Assembly: GCF_018350175.1 (NCBI RefSeq)
Contig: NC_058368.1
Coordinates: 88,600,001-88,664,000, forward strand
Direction: 5' to 3'
DNA: 64,000 nt
Source: Felis catus
Taxonomy: Eukaryota
A program made the position numbers and the translations under genes. Below, one piece after another: positions 24,645-36,564 of this stretch. Under the pieces are notes generated by a model that saw only the letters and a list, made by a program, of their open reading frames with translations, ran no database searches and had not been told where the DNA came from. Each line of letters starts with the position of its first letter. Position 1 is the stretch's first letter.

Positions 24645-26130
24645 GTGGGTCTGGTGTGTTCCAGGCAGGGCCATTGGAGTTTAGAGGAGGAGACAGGTGC
24701 CCCCTTTGGCCCTTTGCCCGCCCAGGACTGGTATCTCCTCAAGAGAGGAAGGGTACTGCTGACGAGGGCTGGCCTTCCATGGGCTCTGCTCACAGCGGCA
24801 GAGGCAGCACGCAGCAGGGGTCAATGTGGGCTGTAGGCAACGACTGTTCATTCGACCATGGGGTGGCTGAGTCAGGTTAGCCATGTGTGTACCTGCAGCT
24901 ACTTGGTGAGAAGAATTAGGGATTTTCCCACAGACACGAGCCCTCTGGATTTGGGGGAGCAGAAACCCTGTTTGGTATCCCTTGTCCAGGCCCCATGCTC
25001 TGAGAAAGCTTTGGTGCCTTATTTGGCTTCAGAGCCTGAAAGTCCTGGAGGGAGCAAAGGGAGTGGTGGGATTTGTGCACCTGCAACCCTCCCCCCACCC
25101 CCGCCCCGCGCCCAGCCCCTCACACAGAAGCTGCACAGGTAGATGTCAGGGTCACTCAGGCAGGCTAGAAGGATCTGAGCAGGGTCCCCTGAGGATGAGG
25201 ACACCCCCTGCATGAGCCTCAGCTTCTTCACCTGTATACTGAAAGTAACAGCCTGTCCCCTGCCTGCCCCCAGGGGTGTTAGGGACTGAAGGCAAGATGC
25301 TCCATCATGTGGCTCTGGAAAGCGTGCCCAGGAGGTCTCCTGGCTGCTTTGGGGCAACTTGGCTCCAAGAAACTTATAATTTACAACCCAGCAAGAGCGA
25401 CAGCTAGCATTTACAGTATGCACCCTGCAGCAGCCTTTTAGTCCATAACAAATTACATGAAAATTAAAACTTTGCATACGTTTGCTTATTTGAGCATGGC
25501 AACAACCCCCTGAGATGACCCATAACCTCTCGTATTATTGGGGTTTGCTGTGCACAGATCCAGGAATTGTCCCTAGAAGGCCTGGTAGCAGGCCTGTGCC
25601 CTCCCAGGGCCAGCACCCCACAGATTTTGTGGCTCAGCCTAAGACCACGTGGTGGGTGGGGCACAACCCAACCTTTACAAGGAAAATTACCTGGGTTAGA
25701 AGAGGAGCCACTGCTCACAGGGCTGGGAGGACAACGGCCTCCAGCCACGAGGTGGTAATTAGAATCTCTCACCCACCAGGGAGCACTGGGCACTGCCTGG
25801 CACTGAGTTGCTTCCTGGCAGTCCTGGATCGCTCCACTCCCTGAATGAAGAAGGTATGAACATTCAGGGAGGGGCCAAGCCTGGCTAAAAGGCTGGAGCC
25901 TGCCAGGAGAAGTCACTAGAAGACACAGGAGGGAGCAGGCCTTACTCCCCACTTTCCACTGGAGCTGTGGGGAAGCTGCCTGGGGTAGTACCTGCTATGA
26001 TCGGGCTTTCCCTGGAGGGTCCTCTTGCCATGACTGTTTCTCCCTGCTTGCTACCTCTGCTGCTGGGAGAGGAAGGCAGAGCCCCACTTCCCAATCCTTC
26101 CTGACCTGGTCTCCTTCTCTGCCTCCCAAG

Positions 26131-26218
26131 GTGACTCCACTCAAAGACTTGAAGTTTACAGAGTTGACCTTGAAGGCTGACATTCTCAAGGCTGTAGTCA
26201 ACATCCTCCTTGGATCTG
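26131..26218 (+). pseudogene. ALDH1L1: ALDH1L1 pseudo-exon (88 bp)
   Basis: ag|VTPLKDLKFTELTLKADILKAVVNILLGS|gtaaag, against recalled [29 protein letters not shown]. Confidence 0.92.
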
Positions 26219-26438
26219 GTAAAGGGTATGGACAAGGGCATGTGGGGGCACCAGGGCTCCAGGAAGTCAGAGATGCACTTGGTCAGGACAGGGCTTGCTA
26301 CATGATGTGGTCCAGTGTGGAAGAGTGATCAGGGGCCCAGCGATCCAGTTGGGGTGGCCAGCCTGGTGGCCCTCTCTCATGGTGGGAGTCCCAGACCTGG
26401 AAGGGTTCTAGCTTTCAAATATTTCCCTAATTTTTTCC

Positions 26439-26440
<2 letters not shown>

Positions 26441-26480
<40 letters not shown>
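26441..26480. repeat. (TG)n microsatellite
   Basis: Read directly. Confidence 0.95.
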
Positions 26481-26482
<2 letters not shown>

Positions 26483-26712
26483 CTGGAATAAATTACGTAA
26501 CTTGGGAATCTTTATATTTAAGAGACTGTAGAACATTCTAGGCTTAGAGCTTTTATGGAGGTATGACATAAAATTGCTTATTTAGTTTCTTCTGTGGTTA
26601 GTGGTCTAGTTTATTGGAAATGTTGTCCCTTGTTGCATACATTTACAATACATTGGCATAGAGTTGTATCAATAGTTTCTTATAATTGGTTCCTTTTTTG
26701 ATTCTCCCTTTG

Positions 26713-26864
26713 TTTTTTTTTTCAATATATGAAGTTTATTGTCAAATTGGTTTCCATACAACACCCAGTGCTCATCCCAAAAGGTGCCCTCCTCAATACC
26801 CATCACTCACCCTCCCCTCCCTCCCACCCCCATCGACCCTCAGTTTGTTCTCAGTTTTTAAGAG
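26713..26864 (-). mobile_element. Short 5'-truncated young L1 (3' UTR only)
   Basis: Same sequence as the L1 3' end at 51525-51667; TSD tctccctttg at 26703-26712 and 26865-26874. Confidence 0.88.
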
Positions 26865-28960
26865 TCTCCCTTTGATTGCTATAATATCTCCTTATACTTT
26901 TCATTTTTTCTTGCTCTGTTAACTTGATTAAATTTGTGAAAAGTTCTTATTTATCCCTGTACTCCTCTCAAATTACTTTAGCCATCGCATTGCTATTTTG
27001 TCTTATTTTTTCTGCTTTTATCATATTTATTTCCTTCTGTGTTCTCCTATGTGCTTTTTTGGTAACTTTTCGAGTTGAAAGTTTAACTCATTTATATTTT
27101 TTGCCATTTAAAGGAAAGCATTGAAAGAGAACTTTGGCGACACCTCATACTTTTTTATTAATATTTTCATTATTATAAATGCCCCCATTTATTTCCATAA
27201 TAGTTTTTGTCTTCGTGTTTGCTTCTTCTGATATGAGCATAAGTACTCTAGCTTTCATGTGGATTTTGTCTGCACGATGTATTTTTTTCAATCCTTTACT
27301 TGCAACATGTTTATATCTGATATCTCCTTGGAGAGCATATGTGTGGATCTTGTTTTAATCCAGTGTGAGAGTCTCTGAATTTCTGACTGGATTGTTTAAT
27401 CCATTCACATGTACTGTGATTATTGACACAGTGGATTTATGTCTGCTATTTAACTTTTTGCTTTCTGGGTCTCCTGTCTTTTGTTTCTTTTTCTCTTTTA
27501 TGGCTTTATTTACATTACTGACTATTTTCTGGTGGAACATTTTAATTCTTTTAATGATTTTTTTCACAATAGAATTTTTAGTTATTTTCCTAATGGTTTC
27601 TCTAGGATTTACCATACACTTCTTCAGTTATCAGAAAATACTTCAGTTTTATGATAATGTATTTCCAGGGAAATATACAAATACTATTCCTCCACAGCTC
27701 TAGTACCTCTGTGCTGTTATATCACATATTTTTGTGCACCCATCACATTGATATATATTACAGTCGCAATAGTACACTGCTATAACTTTATATAATTTTA
27801 TGTCTATGAGAGAAGTTAAAGAGAAAGGGGAGTAAATATATAATTACATAGTTTGTTATCTTAACCTTATTTAGATTACTGGTTCTTTTCATTTGTTCCT
27901 GTTGTTGAGTTACTCTGGTATCACTTCCTTACTCCTTTTCAGTTTTGCTCCCACCTACCTCCTTTCTGCTATTATTTTCAAATATATTTCATTTATATCT
28001 GTTGTAAATCCAACAATACATTTGTGTACACATTGCTTTTATACAATTGTTTTTTAAATCGGTTAAGAAAAGAAAGAAAACATGCATTTTAAGCTGTCTT
28101 TTATAATTGTATAATTACCTTTCCTGGTGCTCTCTGATGAATTTAAGTCACTGTCTGAGTCACTTGCTTTCAGCTTAAGAACTTCCTTCAGTATTGCTCA
28201 TAAGGTGGATCTGCTAGCAACAGATTATCTAAGTTTTTGTTTATCTAAAAATGCCTCTATGTTTTGCTTTTTATTTTTTGAAAGACAAGTTGGCTAAATA
28301 TAAGATTCTTGGTTGACAGTTTTGTCATCTCTCAGTATTTGCAACGTATCATCCCACTACATTTTGGCCTCTATTGTTTCTGATGAGCAATCAGATGTTT
28401 TGTTAATCTTATTGGGGTTCCTTTATATACAATTAGTCATTTTTCACTTGGTGCTTCCAAAATTTTCTTTTGTATTTGTTTTTCACCATCTTTACTAAAA
28501 TGTGTTTGAGAGTGGGTCTCCTTATGGTTAGTTTAGAGGGAATTCATTGAGCTTCATGGATTTTTAGACTAACGGTTTTCATCAAATTTGGGAACTTTTT
28601 AGCCCTTAGATATTCTAAAAGTTTGCTCTGCTCTGTTCTGTTTTCCTGTCTTTCTGGAACTCTCATTATGCGTATGTTGGTGTCCTTCATGGTAACCCAC
28701 TCCTTTCTGAGGCTCTTTTCATTTAAAGAAATTATTTTTCTGTTTTTTAGATTGCATAATGTCTATCTTAAAGTTCACTGATTCTTTCTTCTGCCAGTTT
28801 AAACCTACTGTTGAGCCACCTACTGATTTTTTTTTTAAATTCAGTTACTGTACTTTTTCATTCCAGAATTTCTTCCTGGTTCTTAAAAATTTTGTTATTG
28901 ATATTGTCTACTTGATGAGAAAGTATGGTCTTTATGCATGCTTTCCTTTAGTTCTTTGAA

Positions 28961-29006
<46 letters not shown>

Positions 29007-29213
29007 GGTTCCTTTGACATCTTTGTCTGTTGAGTATGACATCTGGGCCCACTCAGCTTATATTGTCTGCTTATTTTTTTCTTTCCTGTGATGGGTTATA
29101 CTTTCCTATTTCTTTGCATGTATTATAGCTTTGTTAAAAGCCGGACAGTTTAGGTAATATATTGTACAGTGCTGGGTACTGATCCTTTTCTTCCCTTTCC
29201 AACATTCATTTTC

Positions 29214-29267
29214 TTTCTTTTTTTTTATCTTTTTTTTTATATATGAAATTTATTGACAAATTGGTTT
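29214..29267 (-). mobile_element. Ultra-short L1 insertion (poly-T plus ~30 bp of L1 3' end)
   Basis: atatgaaatttattgacaaattggttt matches the L1 3' terminus; TSD acattcattttc at 29202-29213 and 29268-29279. Confidence 0.85.
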
Positions 29268-30429
29268 ACATTCATTTTCATTCTTTGCTTGTTTATGTCT
29301 TTAGTGACTTAGTCAGGTTATTTGAGTGAAGTCTATTTTCCCTGTGGTGTGTAGTCAGTGATGTCACTCATCAGGGAGCACAGCCTTGAGCATGGGATGA
29401 TAGCAGTTTTAGCAGGGCTCTCTATCACTCTCTTTTTCCCCGGTCTCTCTGTTGCTATTTGTTCTTTTGGTGTCATACTCAGCAGTTCAGATCAGCTAAC
29501 TGCAGTCTGGTTACTCTGTTGTTTCCAACAATGCCCTGGGACATCGATTGCTCTACAATAGGTTCCAATTAAATTTGGGCCCCTTTTCAGGGGTAGCTTT
29601 TGAGGCCAGCCTTTGAGGCTTGTTTCTACCCAGAGGGCTCTTCCATGGTTCTCTGTAGTAAACTGACCTGTGGTTTACCTTAATGCTGTCATAGAGCTGT
29701 CAGCCTTCTCTTAAATGCTCATCCTCAAGGTCTCAGTTGTTTTTGAGAGGGCTCTTAAAATTGAATTTCACCACAGTTTCAAATAAAGTCAGTGCCTTTT
29801 AGGAGCTCTCTGTTCTTACAGAAATCTTCTCCCCCTGCCCCAAATCTCTGAACCTCTGACACAGGTGATGGGCCCTATGAGGGGGCTGGGGCTAGGCAGA
29901 TGTCGTCCCAGTAGTCTCAGCCTGCCACATCTGGGTTAGAGCCTTCACTTTTTGAGTAGGGACTAGATGGAAGCCATACTCAGCGGCAATTTAACCACTA
30001 AAGCACAGAGTTGGGGGTGCCTGGGTGGCTCAGTGAGTTAAGCATTCGACTTCAGCTCAGGTCATCATCTCGTGTTCGGTGGGTTCAAGCCCCCTGCTGG
30101 GTTCTGCACTGACAGCTCAGAGCTCAGAGCCTGGAACATGCTTCATGTTCTGTGTCTCCCTCTCTGTCTTCCCCTCCCCTGCTCATGCTATGTCTCTGTA
30201 TCTCTCTCTCTGTCTGTCTCACAAAACTGAATTCAAAAAAATGTTTTAACTAGATTAAAATGCCGAGTTGGAGGAGATGAAATATGGTGATGACCTGCCC
30301 CCGCCAGTGAGATGTCATATCCCTGGACTGGGAGCTGGAGGAGAGGAATACTGCCTTCCTGACCACACCTGCTTGGGGTGGAGTTTCCACCCTGTCTTCT
30401 CTAAAGACTCACCTCCAAGGCAACATTCT

Positions 30430-33400
30430 CATTTTTCTTAATATGAAATTTATTGTCAAATTGGTTTCCATACAACACCCAGTGGTCCTCCTAAGAGGTG
30501 ACCTCCTCAATTCCCATTATCCACCCTCCCTCCTACTCTCCTTCAACCCTCAGTTTACTCTAAGTTTTGAAGAGTCAGTCTCTTTTGGCTTGACTCTCTC
30601 CCTCCCTAACTTTTTATTTCCTTCCCCTCCCCCATGGTCTTCTGTTAAGTTTCTCAGGATCCACTTAGGAGTGGAAACATATGGTATCTGTCTTTCTCTG
30701 TATGACTTATTTCACTTAGCATAACACTCTCCAGTTCCATCCACGTTGCTACAAAAGGCCATATTTCATTCTTTCTCATTGCCGTGTAGTATGCCATTGT
30801 GTATATAAACCACAATTTCTTTATCCATTCATCAGGTGATGGACACTTAGGCTCTGTCCATAATTTGGCTATTGTTGAAAGTGCTGCTATAAACATTGGG
30901 GTACAAGTGCCCCTATGCATTGAGGAACCTCCACACTGTTTTCCAGAGTGGCTGCACCAGTTTGCATTCCCGCCAACAGTGCAAGAGGGTTCCCGTTTCT
31001 CCACATCCTCTCCAGCATCTATAGTCTCCTGATTTGTTCATTTTAGCCACTCTGACTGGCATGAGGTGACATCTGAGTGTGGTTTTGATTTGTATTTCCC
31101 TGCTGAGGAGTGACGTTGAGCATCTTTTCATGAGCCTGTTGGTCATCTGGATGTCTTCTTTAGGGAAGTGTCTATTCATGTTTTCTGCCCATTTCTTCAC
31201 TGGGTTATTTGTTTTTCAGTGTGGAGTTTGGTAAGTTCTTCATAGATTTTGGATACTAGCCCTTTGCCCGATATGTCATTTGCAAATATTTTTTTCCCAT
31301 TCCCTTGGTTGCCTTTTAGTTTTGTTGGTTGTTTCCTTTGCAGTGCAGAAGCTTTTTATCTTCATGAGGTCCCCGTAGTTCACTTTTGCTTTTAATTCCC
31401 TTGGCTTTGGAGAGGTGTTGAGTAAGAAATTGCTGTGACTGAGGTCAGTGAGGTTTTTTTTTCCTGCTTTCTCCTCTAGGGTTTTGATGGTTTCCTGTCT
31501 CACATTCAGGTCCTTTTTCAATTTTGAGCTTATTTTTGTGTATGGTGTAAGAAAGTGGTCTAGTTTCATTCTTCTGCACGTTGTTGTCCAGTTCTCCTAG
31601 CACCATTTGCTAAAGAGACTGTCTTTTTGCCATTGGATGTTCTTTCCTGCTTTGTCAAAGATTAGTCGGCCATACTTTTGTGGGTCCAATTCTGGAGTCT
31701 CTATTCTATTCCATTGGTCTATGTGTCTGTTTTTGTGCCAATACCATGCTGCCTTGATGATGACAGCTTTGCAGTTGAAGCTAAAGTCTGGGATTGTGAT
31801 ACCTCCCACTTTGCACTTCTTCTTCAATATTACTTTGGTTATTCAGGGTCTTTGTGGTTCCTTACAAATTGTAGGATTCCTTGTTCTAGCTTCGAGAAGA
31901 ATGCAGGTGCAATTTTGATTGGGATTGCATGGAATGTGTAGATAGCTTTGGGTAGTCTTGACAGTTTAACAATATTTATGCTACCAATCCATGAGCCCTG
32001 AGTGTTTTTCCACTTTTTTGTATCTTCTTCAATTTCCTTCATAAGCTCTCTATAGTTTTCATTGTACAGATCTTTTACATCTTTGGGTAAGTATATTCCT
32101 AGGTATTTTATGATTCTTGGTGTAATTGTGAATGGGATCAGTTTCTTTATTTGTCTGTATGTTTCTTCATTATTAGTGTATAAGAATGCAACTGATTTCT
32201 GTACATTAATTTTGTATTCTGCAACTTTGCTGAATTCATGTATCTGTTCTAGCAGAATTTGGTGGAGTCTTTCGGGTTTTCCATGTATAATATCATGTCA
32301 TCTGCAAAAAGTGAAAGCTTGACTTCATCTTTGCCAATTTGGATGCCTTTGATTTCCTTTTGTTGTCTGATTGCACTCTTCCAGCACTCTGTTAAACAAT
32401 AGCAGTGAGAGTGGACATCGCTGTTGTGCTCCTTATCTCCGGGGAAAGCTCTCAGTTTTTCCCCATTGAGGATGATATTGGCTGTGGTCTTTTCATGAAT
32501 GGCTTTGCTGATGTTTAAGTACGTTCCTTCTATCCCGACTTTTCGAGGATTTTTATTAAGAAAGAATACTGCATTTTGTCAAATGCTTTTCTGCATCAAT
32601 TGACAGAATCGTATGGTTATTTTCTTTTTTTTATTATTAATGTAATGTATCAAATTGATTAATTTGTGAATGTTGAACCAGCCCTTCAGCCCAGGAATGA
32701 ATCCCACTTGATCATGTTGAATAATCCTTTTTATATGCTGTTGAATTCGATTTGCTAGTATCGTGTTGAGAATTTTTGCATCCATATACATCAGGGATAT
32801 TGGCCTGTAGTTCTATGTAGTTCTATTTTTTTGCTGAATCTCTGTCTGGTTTAGGAATCAAAGTAATGCTGACATCATAGGATGAGTCTGGAAGTTTTCC
32901 TTCCTTTCAATTTTTTGGAACAGTTTGAGAAGGATAGATATTATCTTTGCTGTAAATGTCTGGTAGAATTCCCTGGGGAAGACATCTGGTCCTGGACTCT
33001 TATTTGTTGGGAGATTTTTAAAAATATTTTTAATGTTTATTTATTTTTGAGAGAGAGAGATATAGCATGAGTGGAGGAGGGACAGAGAGAGAGGGAGACA
33101 CATAATCCGAAGCAGGCTCTAGGCTCTGAGCTGTCAGCACAGAGCCTGACGTGGGGCTTCAACTCACAGACCGCAAGATCATGACCTGAGCCGGAGTTGG
33201 ACACTTAACCGACTGAGCAACCCAGGCACCACAATTGGGAGATTTTTGATAAACTGATTAAATTTCTTCACTGGTTATGGGTGTGTTCAAGTTTTCTATA
33301 TCTTCCTGTTTGAGTTTTGGAAGAGGGTGGGTGATTAGGAATTTGTCCATTTCTTCCAGGTTGTCCAGTTTGTTGGCATATAATTTTTCACAGTATTCCC

Positions 33401-36400
33401 TGATAATTGCTTGTATTTCTGAGGGATTGGTTGTAATAATTCAATTTTCATTTATGATTTTATCTATTTGGGTCATCTCCCTTTTCTTTTTGAGAAGCCT
33501 AGCTAGAGGTTTATCAATTTTGTTTATTTTTTTTAACAAACTAAGTCTTGGTTTCATTGATCTGCTCTACAGTTTTTTAGATTCTATATTATTTATTTCT
33601 GCTCTGATATTTCTTATTTCTCTTCTTTTGCTGGGTTCGGGGTGTCTATGCTGTTCTGCTTCTATTTCCCTTAGGCGTGCTGTTAGATTTTGTATTTGGG
33701 ATTTTTCTTGATTCTTGAGGTAGGCCTGGAATGCAATGTATTTTTTTGTCCGGACTGCCTTCTCTGCATCCCAAAGCACTTGGATTGTTGTGTTTTCATT
33801 TTCATTAGTTTCCATATATTTTAAAATTTCTTCTCTAATTGCCTGGTTGACCCATTCATTCTTTAGTAGGGTTTTCTTTAACCTCCATGCTTTTGGAGGT
33901 TTTCCGGACTTTTTCCTGTGGTTGATTTCAAGTTTCATAGCATTGTTGTCTGAAAGTGTCCATGGTGTGATCTCAATTCTTTTAGTCTGATTAAGGGCTG
34001 TTTTGTGACCTGTCTTGGATCTATCTTGGGGAATGTGATCTATCTTGGAGAATGTTCCATGTGCACTCAAGAAGAAAGTATATTCTGTTGCTTTGGGATG
34101 CAGACTTCTAAATATATCTGTCAAGTCAATCTGATCCAATGTATCATTCAGGGACATTGTTTCTTTATTGATCCTGTGTCTAGATGATCCATCCATTGTT
34201 GTAAGTGGGGTATTAAAGTCCCCTGAAATTACCACATTCTTATCAATAAAGTTGCTTATGTTTGTGATTGATTGTTTTATGTATTTGGGGGCTCTTGTAT
34301 TTGGTGCATAGACATTTATAATTGTTAGCTCTTCCTGATGGATAGAGCCTATGATTATTATATAAGGCCCATCTTCATTTCTTGTTACAACCATTAATTT
34401 AAAGTCTAGTTTGTCTGATACAAGTATGGATACTCCAGCTTTCTTTTGACTTCCTGTAGCATGATAGATAGTTATCCATCCCCTCACTTTCAATCTGAAA
34501 GTGTCCCCAGGTCTGAAATGAGTGTCTTATGGATAGCAAATAGATGAGTCTTGTTTTTTATCCATTCTGATACCTTATGTCTTTTGATTGGAGCAGTCAT
34601 TCCATTTCAATTCAGTGTTATTATAGAAAGATAAGGGTTTAGAGTCATAGTGATGTCTGTAGGTTTTATGCTTGTAGTGATGTCTCTGGTACTTTGCATT
34701 CCTTGCAACATTTCACTCACAGAATCCCCCTTACAGTCTCCTGTAGGGCTGGTTCATTGTTGATGAATTACTTCAGTTTTTGTTTGGTAAACCTTTTCCT
34801 CTCCTTCTATTCTGAATGACAGACTTGAGGGATATGGGACTCTTGGCTGCATATTTCTTCTCTTCATCACATTGAAGATTTCCTGCCATTCCTTTCTGGC
34901 CTGCTAAGTTTCAGTAGATAGGTCTGCCACTACTCTTATAGGTCTACCTTTGTAAGTTAGAGCCTGTTTATCCCTAGCTGTTTTCAGAATTTTCTCTTTA
35001 TCCTTGTATTTTGCCAGTTTCTCTGTGATATATCATGCAGAAGATCGATTCAAGTTACCTCTTAAGGGAGTTCTCTGTGCCTCTTGGATTGCAATGCCTT
35101 TTTCCTTCTGGAGATCAGGGAAGTTCTCAGGTATGATTTGTTGAAGTACGCCTTCTGCCCCTTTCTCTCTCTTCTTCTTCTTCTTCTTCTTCTTCTTCTT
35201 CTTCTTCTTCTGGAATTCCTATGATATGGATATTGTTCTGTTGATTGCATCACTTAGTGCTCTATTTCTCCCCTCATACTCCTGGATTTTTTTATCTGTA
35301 TTTTTCTCAGCTTCCTCCTTTTCCATAATTATATCTTCTAATTCACCTATTCTCCCCTCTGCCTCTTCAATCCGTGCTATGGCCACATCCATTTTATTTT
35401 GGACCTCATTTATAGCATTGTGTAGCTCCTTATGACTATTTCTTAGTCCCTTGATCTCTGTAGCAATAGATTCTCTGCTGTCCTCTATGCTTTTTTCAAG
35501 CCCAGTGATTAATTTTATAATTATTATTCTAAATTATTATTCCGTTACATTGCTTAAATCGTTTTTGATCATTCATTAGCTGTCGCTACTTCCTGGAGTT
35601 TCTTTTGAGGAGAATTCTTCCATTTCATCATTTTGGGTAGTCCCTGAGGTGACTCCAAACTGCAGGCACTTCCCCTGTGCTGTGTGGAGTAACTTGTGTT
35701 GGTGGGAGGGGCCAAATCAGACCCGATGTCTGCGCCCAGCCCACCGCTGGGGCCACAGTGAGACTGGTGTGTACCTTATCTTCCCCTCTCCCAGGGGCAG
35801 GACTCACTGTGCAGTGGTGTGGCCCTTGTCTGGGCTACTTCCACACTGCCAGGCTTGTGGTGCTGCTTCGATGGGAACTGGCTAAGGGCGTATTAGAAGA
35901 GGTGGATCTGGAAGGTGCACAGGGGCTGGAGGGGCAGGCTTAGCTAGCTTTGATGTCAGTGGTCCCCTGCAGGTGGGGCCCTACAGCACCGTGAGAGAGG
36001 CAGGCCAGTCAGAGAGATGGATCCACAGAAGCACAACATTGGGCATTTGCAGGGTGCAAGCAAGTTCAGTGATGGGAACTGGTTCCCTTTGGAATTTAGG
36101 CTGGGGGATGGGAGAGGGAAACGGCCCTTGCCAGTGCCTTTGTTCCCCACTGACCTGAGCTCTGTCTTCCTGGGCTCAACAACTCTCCCTCCTGGCATCC
36201 TCTCACCCTCCTGCTCTCTGAGAGCAGAGCTGTTGACTTTTAACATTCCAGATGTTAAGTCCTGCTGGCTGTCAGAACTCACAGAGTCTGGCTCCTCCGC
36301 TTTTGCAAGCCAGAATTCGGGGGATCTGCCTTGCAGGGCAGGCTGCCCCTCCCCTGCCCTGTCTCCTTCCCGCCAATCCGTGTAGCATGCACCACCTCTC

Positions 36401-36561
36401 TGCCCTTCCTACCCTCTTCTGTGGGCCTCTTGTCTATGCTTGGCTCCAGAGAGTCCGTTCCGCTAGTCTTCTGGCTGGGTTATTTAGGCAGATGTGGGTG
36501 GAATCTAAGTGATCAGCAGGACCAGGTGAGCCCAATGTCCTCCTACACCGCCATCTTCCCC
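30430..36561 (-). mobile_element. Near full-length decayed carnivore L1 (5' UTR, ORF1, ORF2, 3' UTR)
   Basis: 5' start ggggaagatggcggtgtagga near 36561 and ORF1 start near 35631. Broken ORF2 includes an endonuclease ORF at 33567-34493. About 77 bp are deleted near 30920 relative to the young L1. (CTT)n expansion at ~35170-35211. Confidence 0.93.
33020..33232 (-). mobile_element. Carnivore SINE inserted in L1 ORF2
   Basis: TSD ttgggagattttt at 33007-33019 and 33235-33247. Confidence 0.92.
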
Positions 36562-36564
36562 TCT

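Larger units (their letters stand above)
13008..26218 (+). pseudogene. ALDH1L1: Unprocessed ALDH1L1 (cytosolic 10-formyltetrahydrofolate dehydrogenase) pseudogene fragment, seven consecutive exons (about exons 10-16)
   Basis: Seven collinear exons with AG/GT boundaries match the recalled ALDH1L1 protein. Residues such as [14 protein letters not shown] and THVGMS fit L1 better than L2. Three frameshifts, three stops and one broken acceptor. Confidence 0.93.
26480..30420 (-). mobile_element. Ancient L1M-type element (ORF2 5' part, ORF1 and 5' region), with younger insertions and a SINE at ~30013-30242
   Basis: The minus ORF VSIITVHVNGLNNPV matches the start of the L1 endonuclease; long T-rich L1-like tract; (TA)n at ~28966-29003. 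Confidence 0.7.

Noticed and set aside
17500..26000. Many overlapping 60-160 aa ORFs in GC-rich DNA
   Set aside because: No recognisable domains; they lie in ALDH1L1 introns and old LTRs and often start at non-ATG codons.
13008..26218. Assignment to ALDH1L2 or to a processed retrocopy
   Set aside because: Diagnostic residues fit ALDH1L1, and introns with splice sites are present.
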